Program-made: the position numbers and the translations under genes
Shown here: positions 19,238 to 29,138 of the stretch, in pieces
Position numbering within the stretch: position 1 is the stretch's first letter
Layout: each line of letters opens with the position of its first letter
IMG/VR virus record: IMGVR_UViG_2541047913_000006
Strand: one strand, 5' to 3'
From: a virus
Taxonomy: Duplodnaviria > Heunggongvirae > Uroviricota > Caudoviricetes
DNA length: 42,832 nt
The notes under the pieces: generated by a model
Told to the model about the DNA's origin: nothing
Seen by the model: the letters and a program-made list of their open reading frames with translations, nothing else
Databases searched by the model: none

Positions 19238-20162
19238 TGATTTTTGCGCCTTTATTCTGACTCACGGGCGACCGGACAAAGTTCTGACTTACCGGACGTT
19301 GCGTCGTGCTGGCTATACCGGGAAAATTTTTATCGTTGTTGATGATGAAGATAAGACACGGCATCAGTACATGGCTGAATTTGGTGAACAGGTGCTGGTA
19401 TTTTCCAAAGCCGATATTGCCAGTCGTTTTGACGAAGCCGATAATTTTGGTGATCGCCGCTCAATTTTTTACGCCCGTAATGCCTGTTTCGACCTGGCAA
19501 AACTGGTCGGGTGTAAATACTTCATTCAGCTCGATGATGATTATCACGAGTTCCAGTTTCGGGTGGATCGCAACTATGACCAGGCCTATTTCCCGATAAG
19601 GAAACTGGATGCGATCCTTTCTGAAATGCTGGCGTATTACGAATCAATACCCGCGCTTTCCATCGCTATGTCGCAGGGCGGGGATTTTCTTGGTGACAAT
19701 GGCGGCCATGCTTCGTGGGTGAAACGCAAGGCAATGAACAGCTTTATCTGTTCGGTTGATCGACCGTTCTCATTCATGGGGCGCATTAACGAGGATGTGA
19801 ATACGTACACGAATCTCGGTCGCTGTGGTGAATTGTTTATGACGATCGGTGCTGTCCAGTTAGGGCAGAAACAGACGCAGAAAAACAGCGGCGGAATGAC
19901 CGAGCTGTATCTGGATTCCGGAACCTACGTTAAAAGTTTTTACTCCGTCATGTATTCGCCGTCGTGCGTAAAAATCTCACTGATGGGTGCCAGCCATAAA
20001 CGCATTCACCATCAGGTCACCTGGAACAACGCTGCAGTAAAAATCCTTCACGAAAAATACAGGAAGAAGACACCCTGCATATCAATGGGGGTGACAAATG
20101 ATTCCGTATTCGAAAGTCGAGTCTCTGGCAGCGTGCCGGATGACTGCACAACAAATCGCTGA
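19230..20162 (+). CDS. Hypothetical protein, possible GT-A-like fold (full-length YdaY-like)
   Basis: Start at ATG 19230 with RBS GGAGGAGG, 8-nt overlap with the ParB-like gene; N-terminal FILTHGRPDKVLTYRTL...IFIVVDDEDK and DxD-like motif IQLDDDYHEF; function not established. Confidence 0.5.
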   Translation: MRDDFCAFILTHGRPDKVLTYRTLRRAGYTGKIFIVVDDEDKTRHQYMAEFGEQVLVFSKADIASRFDEADNFGDRRSIFYARNACFDLAKLVGCKYFIQLDDDYHEFQFRVDRNYDQAYFPIRKLDAILSEMLAYYESIPALSIAMSQGGDFLGDNGGHASWVKRKAMNSFICSVDRPFSFMGRINEDVNTYTNLGRCGELFMTIGAVQLGQKQTQKNSGGMTELYLDSGTYVKSFYSVMYSPSCVKISLMGASHKRIHHQVTWNNAAVKILHEKYRKKTPCISMGVTNDSVFESRVSGSVPDDCTTNR

Positions 20163-20349
20163 CGTTCTGGATGTTGATCTGAACCGACTGAAAGAAAATC
20201 GGGAAGCAATGACAGATTTTTATGCGGCCATCCGTAAGGGCAGAGCGAAAGGTGAAGCCGAGTTACGAGCGGCATTGTTTAAGCTTGCCAGAAAAGGGGA
20301 TGCCTTTGCTCTGCGCGAACTACTCAGGGTGGATAAAAATCAGGACTAA
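20098..20349 (+). CDS. Small HTH DNA-binding protein (packaging-associated?)
   Basis: 83 aa; RBS GGGGGTGA 5 nt upstream; MTAQQIADVLDVDLNRLKENREAM helix-turn-helix-like; immediately precedes terminase genes. Confidence 0.45.
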   Translation: MIPYSKVESLAACRMTAQQIADVLDVDLNRLKENREAMTDFYAAIRKGRAKGEAELRAALFKLARKGDAFALRELLRVDKNQD

Positions 20350-20352
20350 CTG

Positions 20353-21447
20353 ATGAGCAGACCGGACTGGGGGGCGTTGCAGCAGGAGTATATTGCTGAA
20401 TACACCCGCTCCGGTATATCTCCGGTGGCATGGTGTGAAGCAAGGGGACTGAACTACGCAACAGCCCGTCGTTACATCAAAAAAACTCCGAAAAATGCGC
20501 AGAAAGAAATGCGCAAAACTGCGCAAAAAAGTGCGCGAAAAAAAACTGCGCAGACTGCGCAAAGGCAGAACGGAAAATCTCAGAAAAAAAAGGCTGTATC
20601 CGATGCACTCCTGATTGAGGGGGACACGGAAGAAATTTCGTTCTGCCCCGATGAATTCGGTATTTCTGACCAGCAGGCAAAATTCGCCATGTTGGTTGCT
20701 CAGGGGAAAAAGCCGACAGAGGCATACCGACTGGCTGGTTATGAGGGGCAAGGTGCGACAGCTAACAGCAACGCCAGCCGTATGCTTAGAAATGCCAGGG
20801 TTTATCGTGCTATCAGCTACTTCCGCAATCAGTACCAGAAACGCTATACCGCAGACCTGGATTTACTGGTGAGCCAGTTGATGGCCATTGTCCAGGCCGA
20901 CCCCAATCAGTTGGCACAATTTCGCCGTGTTAACTGCCGTTATTGCTGGGGCGAGAATCATCTCTACCAGTGGCGTGATATTGCAGAATTCGATAAGGCT
21001 GCGGCACAGGCCTCCAGAGATGGTAAACCCGAGCCGGAATATGGAGGCCTCGGCTTTGTTGATAACGCCATACCCAATCCTGATTGCCCGAAGTGCTGCG
21101 GTGAGGGAACAGGACAGCTTTATATGGCTGATACCACACTGCTTGATGGGGATGCGCGGCAATTATATGCAGGGTCAAAGCTCGGAAAATACGGTGTTGA
21201 GATCCTGCTGGAGGATAAGGCTGCCGCCCGGCGTGAATTGTTGCGTTTGCTTTCTGCTGGCGGGGCATTATGTGCAGATAAGCGGCTACAGGAACTGGAA
21301 ATTGAACGGCGCAGAATAGAGAACCAGAAGCTGCGCAAAGAGATCGAAACGGTGGAGGATAATGAACATCCCCAGCCTGTGGCGATCAATATTAATGTGG
21401 TTGATGCCAGATTAAGGAGTGATGAAGATGATCTCTCCGACGCTTAA
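20353..21447 (+). CDS. Putative terminase small subunit (HTH N-terminus, basic repeat region, zinc-ribbon Cys cluster)
   Basis: 364 aa; position directly upstream of large terminase with overlap; CxxC...CPKCC cluster; internal TGCGCA-rich DNA repeats at 20495-20560. Confidence 0.55.
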   Translation: MSRPDWGALQQEYIAEYTRSGISPVAWCEARGLNYATARRYIKKTPKNAQKEMRKTAQKSARKKTAQTAQRQNGKSQKKKAVSDALLIEGDTEEISFCPDEFGISDQQAKFAMLVAQGKKPTEAYRLAGYEGQGATANSNASRMLRNARVYRAISYFRNQYQKRYTADLDLLVSQLMAIVQADPNQLAQFRRVNCRYCWGENHLYQWRDIAEFDKAAAQASRDGKPEPEYGGLGFVDNAIPNPDCPKCCGEGTGQLYMADTTLLDGDARQLYAGSKLGKYGVEILLEDKAAARRELLRLLSAGGALCADKRLQELEIERRRIENQKLRKEIETVEDNEHPQPVAININVVDARLRSDEDDLSDA

Positions 21448-22729
21448 TGTGCCTCAGGCGCGATTTCTTTCAATGCCCCATAAATTTAAAGCCTATATTG
21501 CTGGTTTTGGCTCGGGCAAAACATGGGTTGGGTGTGGCGGCATATGCAAGGGGATTTGGGAGCATCCAGGTATAAATCAGGGATATTTTGCGCCAACGTA
21601 TCCCCAAATTCGCGATATTTTTTACCCTACAGTGGAAGAAGTTGCTGCTGACTGGGGATTGAACGTAAAAATTAATGAGGGAAATAAAGAGGTTCACTTT
21701 TATTACGGACGCCAGTATCGGGGAACCACTATCTGCAGATCGATGGAGAAGCCACAAACGATCGTCGGTTTCAAAATTGGTAATGCGCTGGTGGATGAAC
21801 TGGACATTTTGCCGAAGGAAAAAGCCAGAACGGCGTGGCGCAAGATAATTGCGCGTATGCGTTATAAGATTGATGGACTTCGCAACGGTATTGACGTTAC
21901 AACCACGCCGGAAGGATTCAAATTTGTCTACGAGCAGTTTGTTAAAGCCGTGCGTGAAAAAACAGAGCTGGCCTCACTGTATGGTCTGGTGCAGGCATCT
22001 ACTTTCGATAATGAAAAGAACCTGCCAGCAGATTACATTCCTTCACTTCTTGAATCATACCCTCCAGAGCTGATTAAAGCCTATCTTCTAGGACGGTTTA
22101 CTAACCTGACAAGTGGTACTGTTTACCATCAGTTTGACCGGAAACTGAATAATTGCGAAGAAGTGGAGCAGCCAGGGGAGCCGATTTATATTGGGATGGA
22201 TTTTAACGTTGGAAAGATGGCGGGAATCGTCCATGTGCTGCGTTTGGGGCTTCCATGTGCGGTAACTGAAATCATCAATGCCTACGATACGCCGGATATG
22301 ATCCGCCTCATTAAAGAACGCTTCTGGCTGTATGACGGGCATGATTACCGGAAAGTGAGGGAGATTTATATTTATCCAGATGCTTCCGGAGATTCCAGAA
22401 AATCAAGTAACGCAAGTACGACGGATATAGCCCAGCTTAAGCAGGCAGGTTTTAACGTTGTGGTGAACAGCTCGAACCCGCCAGTAAAAGATCGCGTTAA
22501 CTCAATGAATGCAATGTTCTGCAATGCCAATGGTGAGCGTCGCTATAAAGTTAATGTGAAGCGTTGTCCGGTATATGCCGAATCTCTGGAGCAACAGGTC
22601 TGGGATGATAAGGGGGAGCCTGATAAAAAATCTGGCAATGATCACCCGAATGATGCCGGAGGTTATTTCATCGTTAAGCAATTCCCTATTGTCAAACCGA
22701 CCGGAAGAGTCACATCACTTCGGATTTAA
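21419..22729 (+). CDS. Terminase large subunit
   Basis: 436 aa; Walker A-like IAGFGSGKTW near N-terminus; C-terminal nuclease-like region; followed by portal. Confidence 0.85.
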   Translation: MMKMISPTLNVPQARFLSMPHKFKAYIAGFGSGKTWVGCGGICKGIWEHPGINQGYFAPTYPQIRDIFYPTVEEVAADWGLNVKINEGNKEVHFYYGRQYRGTTICRSMEKPQTIVGFKIGNALVDELDILPKEKARTAWRKIIARMRYKIDGLRNGIDVTTTPEGFKFVYEQFVKAVREKTELASLYGLVQASTFDNEKNLPADYIPSLLESYPPELIKAYLLGRFTNLTSGTVYHQFDRKLNNCEEVEQPGEPIYIGMDFNVGKMAGIVHVLRLGLPCAVTEIINAYDTPDMIRLIKERFWLYDGHDYRKVREIYIYPDASGDSRKSSNASTTDIAQLKQAGFNVVVNSSNPPVKDRVNSMNAMFCNANGERRYKVNVKRCPVYAESLEQQVWDDKGEPDKKSGNDHPNDAGGYFIVKQFPIVKPTGRVTSLRI

Positions 22730-22731
22730 TT

Positions 22732-24138
22732 ATGGCTGATATATCAACACCCAACCTCGACTATAACGATATGCTGGAGGCGTGGGATATTAACGACGCA
22801 TTGATGGGCGGTACGCTTGAAATGCGCAGGCAGGGGGAAAATTATCTCCCCAAATGGCCTAATGAAGATGAAGACGCTTATAAAAAACGCCTGTCTGTGG
22901 CTACGTTACTTCCTGTGTATGAAGAAAGCATCAAACAAAATATTGGGCGCATATTTGCAGAGCCGACAGTATTGAGTGAGGAAACGCCGGAAAAAATCAG
23001 GGAATATGCAGAAAATATCGACATGGAGGGGAGCCGACTGGATGTGTGGGCGCAGCAATTTTTCAGTCTCGCATTTCAGTATGGTGTGGCACATGCGCTG
23101 GTGGACTATCCACGAACGGATATGAACGAGATTCGGACAAAAGCCGATGAAAACGCGGCCGGTGGTCGCCCGTACGTTACGATGCTGAATCCACGCCAGG
23201 TTATTGGATGGAAATCGAAAGTTGAAAAAGGGAAAGTTGTTCTCACTGATTTGCGTATAAAAGAGGTCATCATTATTGATGGTGATGATTTCGGGCAGAA
23301 GAAGGTGGAGCAGATCCGCCATATTATGCCCCGTCGAGTAGAAATTTATCGACGCAGCGAAGGTACTAATGGCGAATCTGTCTGGATGCTTCATGAGTCA
23401 TGGAATACCAGCCGTGATGATATTCCTCTGGTAACACTGTATACGAAGAAAACAGGGTTTATGCGTGGTACACCGCCATTGCTTAATCTTGGCTTGCTGA
23501 ATATCAAGCACTGGCAAAGCCAGAGCGAGCAGGACAATATTCTTCATGTTGCCCGCGTTCCATTGCTGGTGGCCTACGGGCTGGACAGGAATGAAGAACT
23601 GACGGTTGGTGCATCCACGGCTACGATTTTTGAGGACAGAACAAAAAATGGCCTCGAATATGTTGAACATAGTGGCGCAGCGATAGAATCTGGCGAAACA
23701 TCACTTGAGAAGCTGGAAAATCAGATGCGTCATGCCGGCGCTAAACTTCTGCGGGCTGAAAATACATCCACCAAATCTGTTGATCAGACTAATGAAGAGC
23801 GGATGCAGGAACACTCGCCGCTTTATACAATGGCGAACTCCCTCGAAGATGCCCTCGATAATATTCTCCAGATAATGGCGGAATGGAGCGGAGAGAGTTG
23901 CGGTGGCAATGTGGATGTGCGCACTGAACTGGATGTATCTGCCCAGGTGTTTGACTCATCCTCCGCGCTGGCTGTTCAGTCATTGCGTCAGGGCGGTGAT
24001 ATACGTCAGATTGATGCGGTTCGGGTGTTGCAGGCGTTGAAATTTATCGATCAGGATTCCCGTCCAGAGGATGTGATCGATGAATTAAAAAATCAGAGTG
24101 TAATGTTGATGGAAATCAATGATGCAAACCGTGAATGA
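22732..24138 (+). CDS. Portal protein
   Basis: 468-aa ORF immediately downstream of large terminase; size and position typical of portal. Confidence 0.7.
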   Translation: MADISTPNLDYNDMLEAWDINDALMGGTLEMRRQGENYLPKWPNEDEDAYKKRLSVATLLPVYEESIKQNIGRIFAEPTVLSEETPEKIREYAENIDMEGSRLDVWAQQFFSLAFQYGVAHALVDYPRTDMNEIRTKADENAAGGRPYVTMLNPRQVIGWKSKVEKGKVVLTDLRIKEVIIIDGDDFGQKKVEQIRHIMPRRVEIYRRSEGTNGESVWMLHESWNTSRDDIPLVTLYTKKTGFMRGTPPLLNLGLLNIKHWQSQSEQDNILHVARVPLLVAYGLDRNEELTVGASTATIFEDRTKNGLEYVEHSGAAIESGETSLEKLENQMRHAGAKLLRAENTSTKSVDQTNEERMQEHSPLYTMANSLEDALDNILQIMAEWSGESCGGNVDVRTELDVSAQVFDSSSALAVQSLRQGGDIRQIDAVRVLQALKFIDQDSRPEDVIDELKNQSVMLMEINDANRE

Positions 24139-25234
24139 ACGGCTGCGTGATGAATCAATTGCTCATGCAGTCTGGATATCCCGCTATAGCACTGGTGTGG
24201 CTGCCAGAATGGTGAAAATACTGAATGACAGCGATGCGGAGCTTACAGCTCGCCTGCTGGTAGCACTGGACAGCCTCGATCCTGGTAGTTTTACCGTTAC
24301 GCGCCTAGAGTCACTTCTGGCGAGTGTCAGAGAGGTTAACCGCGCTGCTATTAACAGCATGTTTACCAGTCTCTCCGGAGAGCTGAACGAGCTGGCAATT
24401 TATGAGGCTGGTTATCAGTTAAGTCTGTTTGATTCTCTGCTACCTGATTTTGTTGCTGATGTTCACCCTCTGGTTGGTATATCTTCTGATGCACTTTACG
24501 CCGCTGCAATGGCGCGACCATTCCAGGGACGACTGCTCAGTGAGTGGGCCTTGGATCTTGAGGCGGATCGGCTCAGACGCATAACAAATACGGTGCGTCA
24601 GGGTTTTTTGCTGGGGGATACCAATGAGCAGATCGCAAGAAAAATTCGGGGACATGTCAGCAAGGGATTTCAGGATGGTGCATTGCAGATGAGCCGGGCT
24701 AATGCGGCCAGCATTGCAAAAACAGCGGTTGGACATCTTGCTGCTACTGCCCGTGAGAGTTTTGCCAGCGCGAATAATGATTTGATTAAGGGTAAGCAAT
24801 GGTTATCAACGCTTGATAATCGTACTACGCCACAATGTCGAATCAGGGATCGCCTCAAATATACGCTGGATAATAAACCTGTAGGTCACAGTGTGCCTTA
24901 TTTGCATGGGCCGGGAAAAATTCATTTCTGCTGCCGCTCAACGGAAACGTTCATTCTGAAATCAGCGAAGGAACTGGGTATTGATGTTCGTGATATTTCC
25001 CCGGCTGAGCGGGCCAGCATGGATGGCGTGGTGGCCGGAGATACAACCTACAGGGAATGGTTTTTGCGTCAGCCTTACACCAGACAAAAACAGATTGTGG
25101 GGGAAACCCGGGCAAAGCTGATTCGGGATGGCGGTATGTCGCCAGATGAATTTTACACCGATAAAGGCGAATGGCTGACGCTGAAGCAACTCCGTGAGCG
25201 TGATGCACAGGTATTCAGAAAAGCAGGGATTTAA
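24119..25234 (+). CDS. Head morphogenesis protein (SPP1 gp7 / Mu F-like minor head protein)
   Basis: 371 aa; position after portal; overlaps portal stop by 20 nt. Confidence 0.65.
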   Translation: MMQTVNERLRDESIAHAVWISRYSTGVAARMVKILNDSDAELTARLLVALDSLDPGSFTVTRLESLLASVREVNRAAINSMFTSLSGELNELAIYEAGYQLSLFDSLLPDFVADVHPLVGISSDALYAAAMARPFQGRLLSEWALDLEADRLRRITNTVRQGFLLGDTNEQIARKIRGHVSKGFQDGALQMSRANAASIAKTAVGHLAATARESFASANNDLIKGKQWLSTLDNRTTPQCRIRDRLKYTLDNKPVGHSVPYLHGPGKIHFCCRSTETFILKSAKELGIDVRDISPAERASMDGVVAGDTTYREWFLRQPYTRQKQIVGETRAKLIRDGGMSPDEFYTDKGEWLTLKQLRERDAQVFRKAGI

Positions 25235-25244
25235 ATAAATCATT

Positions 25245-25269
25245 TATTACAACAGGCTACCTTCGGGTG
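25245..25269 (+). terminator. Putative intrinsic terminator after head morphogenesis gene
   Basis: Hairpin GGCTACC-TTCG-GGTGGCC followed by TTTTTT. Confidence 0.4.
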
Positions 25270-25338
25270 GCCTTTTTTATTGCTGCGATCCGGATGGTGA
25301 GCAGCGTAACTGTCGGAAGACTTAAACCAGGTACTAAT

Positions 25339-26103
25339 ATGAAACTGAAAACGGTCGAGATTAACGGAAAACAATACGCAGAAATTGATACTGCTGGCCT
25401 GCCAGTTTATGTGCACGACGATGGTAAAGAAATCGGCTTCGATGCACCGCTGGCGATAAAAAAAATTACAGAGCTTAATGGCGAGGCAAAAAATCATCGC
25501 CTGGCTAAAGAAGCTGCAGAGGAAAAACTGGCTAAGTTTGCCGCTATCGAAGACCCGAAGAAGGCGATCGAGGCACTGGAAATGCTGTCAAAAATCGACC
25601 AGAAAAAGCTGATCGATGCGGGACAGGTTGACCAGGTTAAGGCAGAAATTACGAAAAATTTTCAGCAGCAATTAGATGAAGAAAAGCAACGCTCTCAGAT
25701 GCTGGAGACGCAGCTTTACGATTCTATGATTGGCGGTAGTTTTGCGGGTTCAAAATATATTGCCGATAAAATTGCGATCCCGGCAGATTTATTACAAGCC
25801 CGCTTCGGGCAGGCATTCAAAGTGGAAGAAGGGAAGATCGTTGCTTATGACGCTTCCGGCAACAAAATTTATTCCCGCGCGAAGCCTGGCGAACTGGCGC
25901 AGTTTGATGAGGCGCTGGAGTTCCTCGTCGAAAATTACCCTCAGAAAGACTACATCCTGAAAGCCAGTGGCAACAATGGCGGCGGCTCCCGTCCGACACA
26001 GCATGATGTTGGTCAGAAAACGATGAAACGCTCTGCTTTTGATGCACTGGATGTTGCAGGTAAGCAAAACGCATTGAAAGACGGTATCACAATTGTTGAT
26101 TAA
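25339..26103 (+). CDS. Scaffolding protein
   Basis: Charged, helix-rich (AKEAAEEKLAKFAAIEDPKKAIEALEML), located immediately upstream of major capsid gene; start could alternatively be 25294. Confidence 0.55.
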   Translation: MKLKTVEINGKQYAEIDTAGLPVYVHDDGKEIGFDAPLAIKKITELNGEAKNHRLAKEAAEEKLAKFAAIEDPKKAIEALEMLSKIDQKKLIDAGQVDQVKAEITKNFQQQLDEEKQRSQMLETQLYDSMIGGSFAGSKYIADKIAIPADLLQARFGQAFKVEEGKIVAYDASGNKIYSRAKPGELAQFDEALEFLVENYPQKDYILKASGNNGGGSRPTQHDVGQKTMKRSAFDALDVAGKQNALKDGITIVD

Positions 26104-26201
26104 CACATTTGTCAGCTTCCGGATGGGAGCTGGTGTCAGGGCTGGATAGCTCATTACTCCATCTATTCACAATTACGCAAATTTTTAAGGAATATTTAAT
26201 T

Positions 26202-27341
26202 ATGGCTGGAAATACCCTGACCGGGTTGATCCCGACTATTTATACCGCCCTGGATGTTGTATCCCGTGAGCAGGTAGGTTTTATCCCTGCGGTAGCAAAA
26301 AACGCAAAAGCTGACGCCGCAGCAAAAGATCAGACGGTAACCGCGCCAGTTGCGCCTGAGGCGAAAACCGAAGATATCGTACCGGGGCCGTCAGCTCCGA
26401 ATACCGGTGATCAAAATATTGGCACTGTTGATGTAAAAATTACTAAATCCAAAATGGCACCGGTTAAATGGAATGGTGAAGAACAACTGGCTCTTGGCCC
26501 TTCAGGGACTTACAACACCATTCTGGCTGATCAGTTCAAGCAGGCTTTTCGCGCCCTTGCAAACGAGGTTGAGGCTGATCTTGGTGCGTTGTATTTCGGT
26601 GCTTCCCGCGCCGTGGGAACCGCAGGGACAACGCCGTTTGGTGTTAAAGATGATCTTTCTGATGCTGCTCTGGCTCGTCAGGTTCTGGAGGATAACGGCG
26701 CACCGACAACCGATCTGCAGATGGTGCTTGGCTCCACTGCCATTGCTAATTTGCGCGGAAAACAGTCTGTATTGTTTAAAGTGAATGAATCCGGCACTGA
26801 ACAGCTACTGCGTGAGGGCGTGTTGGGGCGTCTGGAGGGATTCAATATTCACAGTTCGGCAGGTGTGAAACGAGCGCCAAAGGTTGCTGCAACTGGTTAT
26901 CTCGTGAATGGAGAGAAAAAAGAAGGCGATGTTCTTATTTCCATTGATACTGGTTCGGGGAGTATTTCTGCAGGTCAGATTGTTACGTTCGCTGGTGATC
27001 CGAATCAGTATGTTGTGGCAGCAGCGACCAGCAATCTGATTACTCTTGCAGCGCCCGGACTGCGTCAGGATCTGGCCGATGATACTGCCATCACAGTTGT
27101 TGGGGCCTTTACTGCAAATATGGCGTTTGATCGCAACGCGTTTCTGCTGGCATCCCGTACTCCGGCAATGCCGGAAGGTGGCGATAATGCTGATGATGTA
27201 ATGAATGTTACGGACCCGATTTCAGGGATTACGTTCCAGATTGCACTGTATCGTCAGTATCGCCAGGTGCGCTATGAAGTTGGACTGGCATGGGGTGTTT
27301 CATCAGTGAAGCCGGCACATGGTTGTCTGATTCTTGGTTAA
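26202..27341 (+). CDS. Major capsid protein
   Basis: 379 aa from MAGNTLTGLIP (RBS AAGGA); follows scaffold; strong terminator hairpin downstream. Confidence 0.75.
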   Translation: MAGNTLTGLIPTIYTALDVVSREQVGFIPAVAKNAKADAAAKDQTVTAPVAPEAKTEDIVPGPSAPNTGDQNIGTVDVKITKSKMAPVKWNGEEQLALGPSGTYNTILADQFKQAFRALANEVEADLGALYFGASRAVGTAGTTPFGVKDDLSDAALARQVLEDNGAPTTDLQMVLGSTAIANLRGKQSVLFKVNESGTEQLLREGVLGRLEGFNIHSSAGVKRAPKVAATGYLVNGEKKEGDVLISIDTGSGSISAGQIVTFAGDPNQYVVAAATSNLITLAAPGLRQDLADDTAITVVGAFTANMAFDRNAFLLASRTPAMPEGGDNADDVMNVTDPISGITFQIALYRQYRQVRYEVGLAWGVSSVKPAHGCLILG

Positions 27342-27351
27342 ACATTCAAAC

Positions 27352-27371
27352 GGGGCTTCGGCCCCATTTTT
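27352..27371 (+). terminator. Intrinsic terminator after major capsid gene
   Basis: GGGGC-TTCG-GCCCC hairpin followed by ATTTTT. Confidence 0.6.
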
Positions 27372-27383
27372 AATGGGGGGCAT

Positions 27384-27560
27384 ATGGCCGGATTAACTAA
27401 AGAGCAAAGAGCACAGCGTGAAGCCGCACAAAAAACGCAAATTGAGTTAGTGGTTATGGTGACCGATTATCAGATGTTTCCCGGCGCACCAACTATCGCT
27501 AATGTTCATCCTGATGAAGTTGACAACTGGAAGGCTATGGGCTGGAAAACTCAGGAGTAA
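27384..27560 (+). CDS. Small hypothetical protein (58 aa)
   Basis: Not in ORF track; my translation MAGLTKEQRAQREAAQKTQIELVVMVTDYQMFPGAPTIANVHPDEVDNWKAMGWKTQE fills the gap between capsid terminator and next gene. Confidence 0.35.
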   Translation: MAGLTKEQRAQREAAQKTQIELVVMVTDYQMFPGAPTIANVHPDEVDNWKAMGWKTQE

Positions 27561-27563
27561 CAC

Positions 27564-27959
27564 ATGATCACTTACGTGACCTGTGATGACGTTGATAATG
27601 CGTTTGGGAACGCCTGGACGAGTGAGAACGCTAAAAATAAAGCTGTTTTAATGGCTAATGCCTGGCTTAATGGCTTCAACCTGAAAATTAACCCATCCCG
27701 TATTCCTGAAGAGGTAAAACTTGCGGGAGCATATGCAGCCAGAATTGCCTCATTCGGTAAGTTGTTTCAGCAGAAAAATGATTCTGGCGTTGTTATCAGT
27801 AAAGCCGTGTCGGCTGACGGGGTCAGTGTATCGAAATCATTTTCTGAGTTGCCAGCAAACAGCACTGCATTGCTTGAACCCGATTTACAGCTTGCGATAG
27901 CACTGCTGAAACCGTACGGACTTAGTCGCTCACAAGTCAGGGTTGTGAGGGGGGGATAA
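27564..27959 (+). CDS. Head-tail connector / adaptor protein (gp6-like)
   Basis: 131 aa; position after capsid; tightly packed with following genes. Confidence 0.5.
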   Translation: MITYVTCDDVDNAFGNAWTSENAKNKAVLMANAWLNGFNLKINPSRIPEEVKLAGAYAARIASFGKLFQQKNDSGVVISKAVSADGVSVSKSFSELPANSTALLEPDLQLAIALLKPYGLSRSQVRVVRGG

Positions 27960-28342
27960 TGGGGCTTCGTGAAGAGATTCAGTCAGAGGTTGCCGCTGCT
28001 TTTGATGAGGATTTAGCGGACGCCGTGAGTGATTTTTCTGGTTCTTACGTTACGCACCGGCACTGGGATCCTGTGACGGAAACTGGCGGCGAATCCACCG
28101 CAATCTATACCGGGCGAGGCGTGTTGACACGTTATAAGCTGGGCAGAATTGATGGGATTAATATTTTGCATGGTGACCTTAAATTAACCGCTCTGGTATG
28201 CGAGGTTACGGATAAACCAGCTGTCGACCATATTATTGAGATTTATGATCCTGTATCAAGGCAGTTACAACGATACGAGGTAATTACAGCAAGTGTAGAT
28301 CCTTCCGCATCAGTTTACTCTATCCAGTTAAGGAGAGCGTAA
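27959..28342 (+). CDS. Head closure / head-tail joining protein
   Basis: 127 aa; ATGG-overlap coupling with upstream gene; position in head-tail joining block. Confidence 0.45.
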   Translation: MGLREEIQSEVAAAFDEDLADAVSDFSGSYVTHRHWDPVTETGGESTAIYTGRGVLTRYKLGRIDGINILHGDLKLTALVCEVTDKPAVDHIIEIYDPVSRQLQRYEVITASVDPSASVYSIQLRRA

Positions 28343-28723
28343 ATGGCAAAGGCATGGGATATAGAACCGTCAATATTTGCCGGGATGATTGAGGAAAATG
28401 TAGGGCTGAAGATTCGCTACATCGCTATTCAGATTCTTACTGCTATTGATATTGCTGCTCCGGTTGATACCGGACGTTTCAGAAATAACAACCTGGTGTC
28501 GTTACAGCATCCCGATTTTGGTATATCTGATAACGTGGATCCGAACGGTACGATTGCTGTTCAGCGTGGGATCGGGGTTATTTCGAAAGCTGCAAATTAC
28601 GGGGTTATTTATATCCAGAATAACCTTCCTTATGCAGAGGCTCTTGAAAACGGTCATTCACAACAAGCGCCAACTGGCGTGTATGCCAACGCTTTTCATG
28701 GTGTTTTACAGGCTTACAAATGA
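28343..28723 (+). CDS. Tail completion / neck protein
   Basis: 126 aa; position. Confidence 0.4.
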   Translation: MAKAWDIEPSIFAGMIEENVGLKIRYIAIQILTAIDIAAPVDTGRFRNNNLVSLQHPDFGISDNVDPNGTIAVQRGIGVISKAANYGVIYIQNNLPYAEALENGHSQQAPTGVYANAFHGVLQAYK

Positions 28724-29112
28724 AGTTTACTGAAATCAGAAATACGGTTATTTCCAGAATGACGGCACAGACGATTATTGATGGAAAAGACGTATTGTAT
28801 CCGAACGGGCCAACGTTCGATCCTTCCGGTAAGTTAATCTGGGCGCGGTTAAGTAATATTCCCGGGCAGGCTGGAGTTAATGAAATTGGCGCGGGGCCGG
28901 TTGTTTATCGCACGGGGATAATCATTATTCAGTTATTTGTCCCCGCAGGTTCTGGTTCAAAACTCATTACTGAGACAGCCGATAAATTGCGGGAACTGTT
29001 TGAGTTTCAGGATGACGATCGTCTCAGTTACCAGGCTGTTTCCTCAATAGCCGTTGGCGAAAAGAATGGCTGGTTCCAGCTTAATCTTCAAATTCCATAT
29101 CGCGCGCTCTAG
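28720..29112 (+). CDS. Tail terminator / tail completion protein
   Basis: 130 aa; ATGA overlap with upstream gene; precedes major tail protein. Confidence 0.4.
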   Translation: MKFTEIRNTVISRMTAQTIIDGKDVLYPNGPTFDPSGKLIWARLSNIPGQAGVNEIGAGPVVYRTGIIIIQLFVPAGSGSKLITETADKLRELFEFQDDDRLSYQAVSSIAVGEKNGWFQLNLQIPYRAL

Positions 29113-29138
29113 CGCAATTAATGACATAGGAGGCTCCT

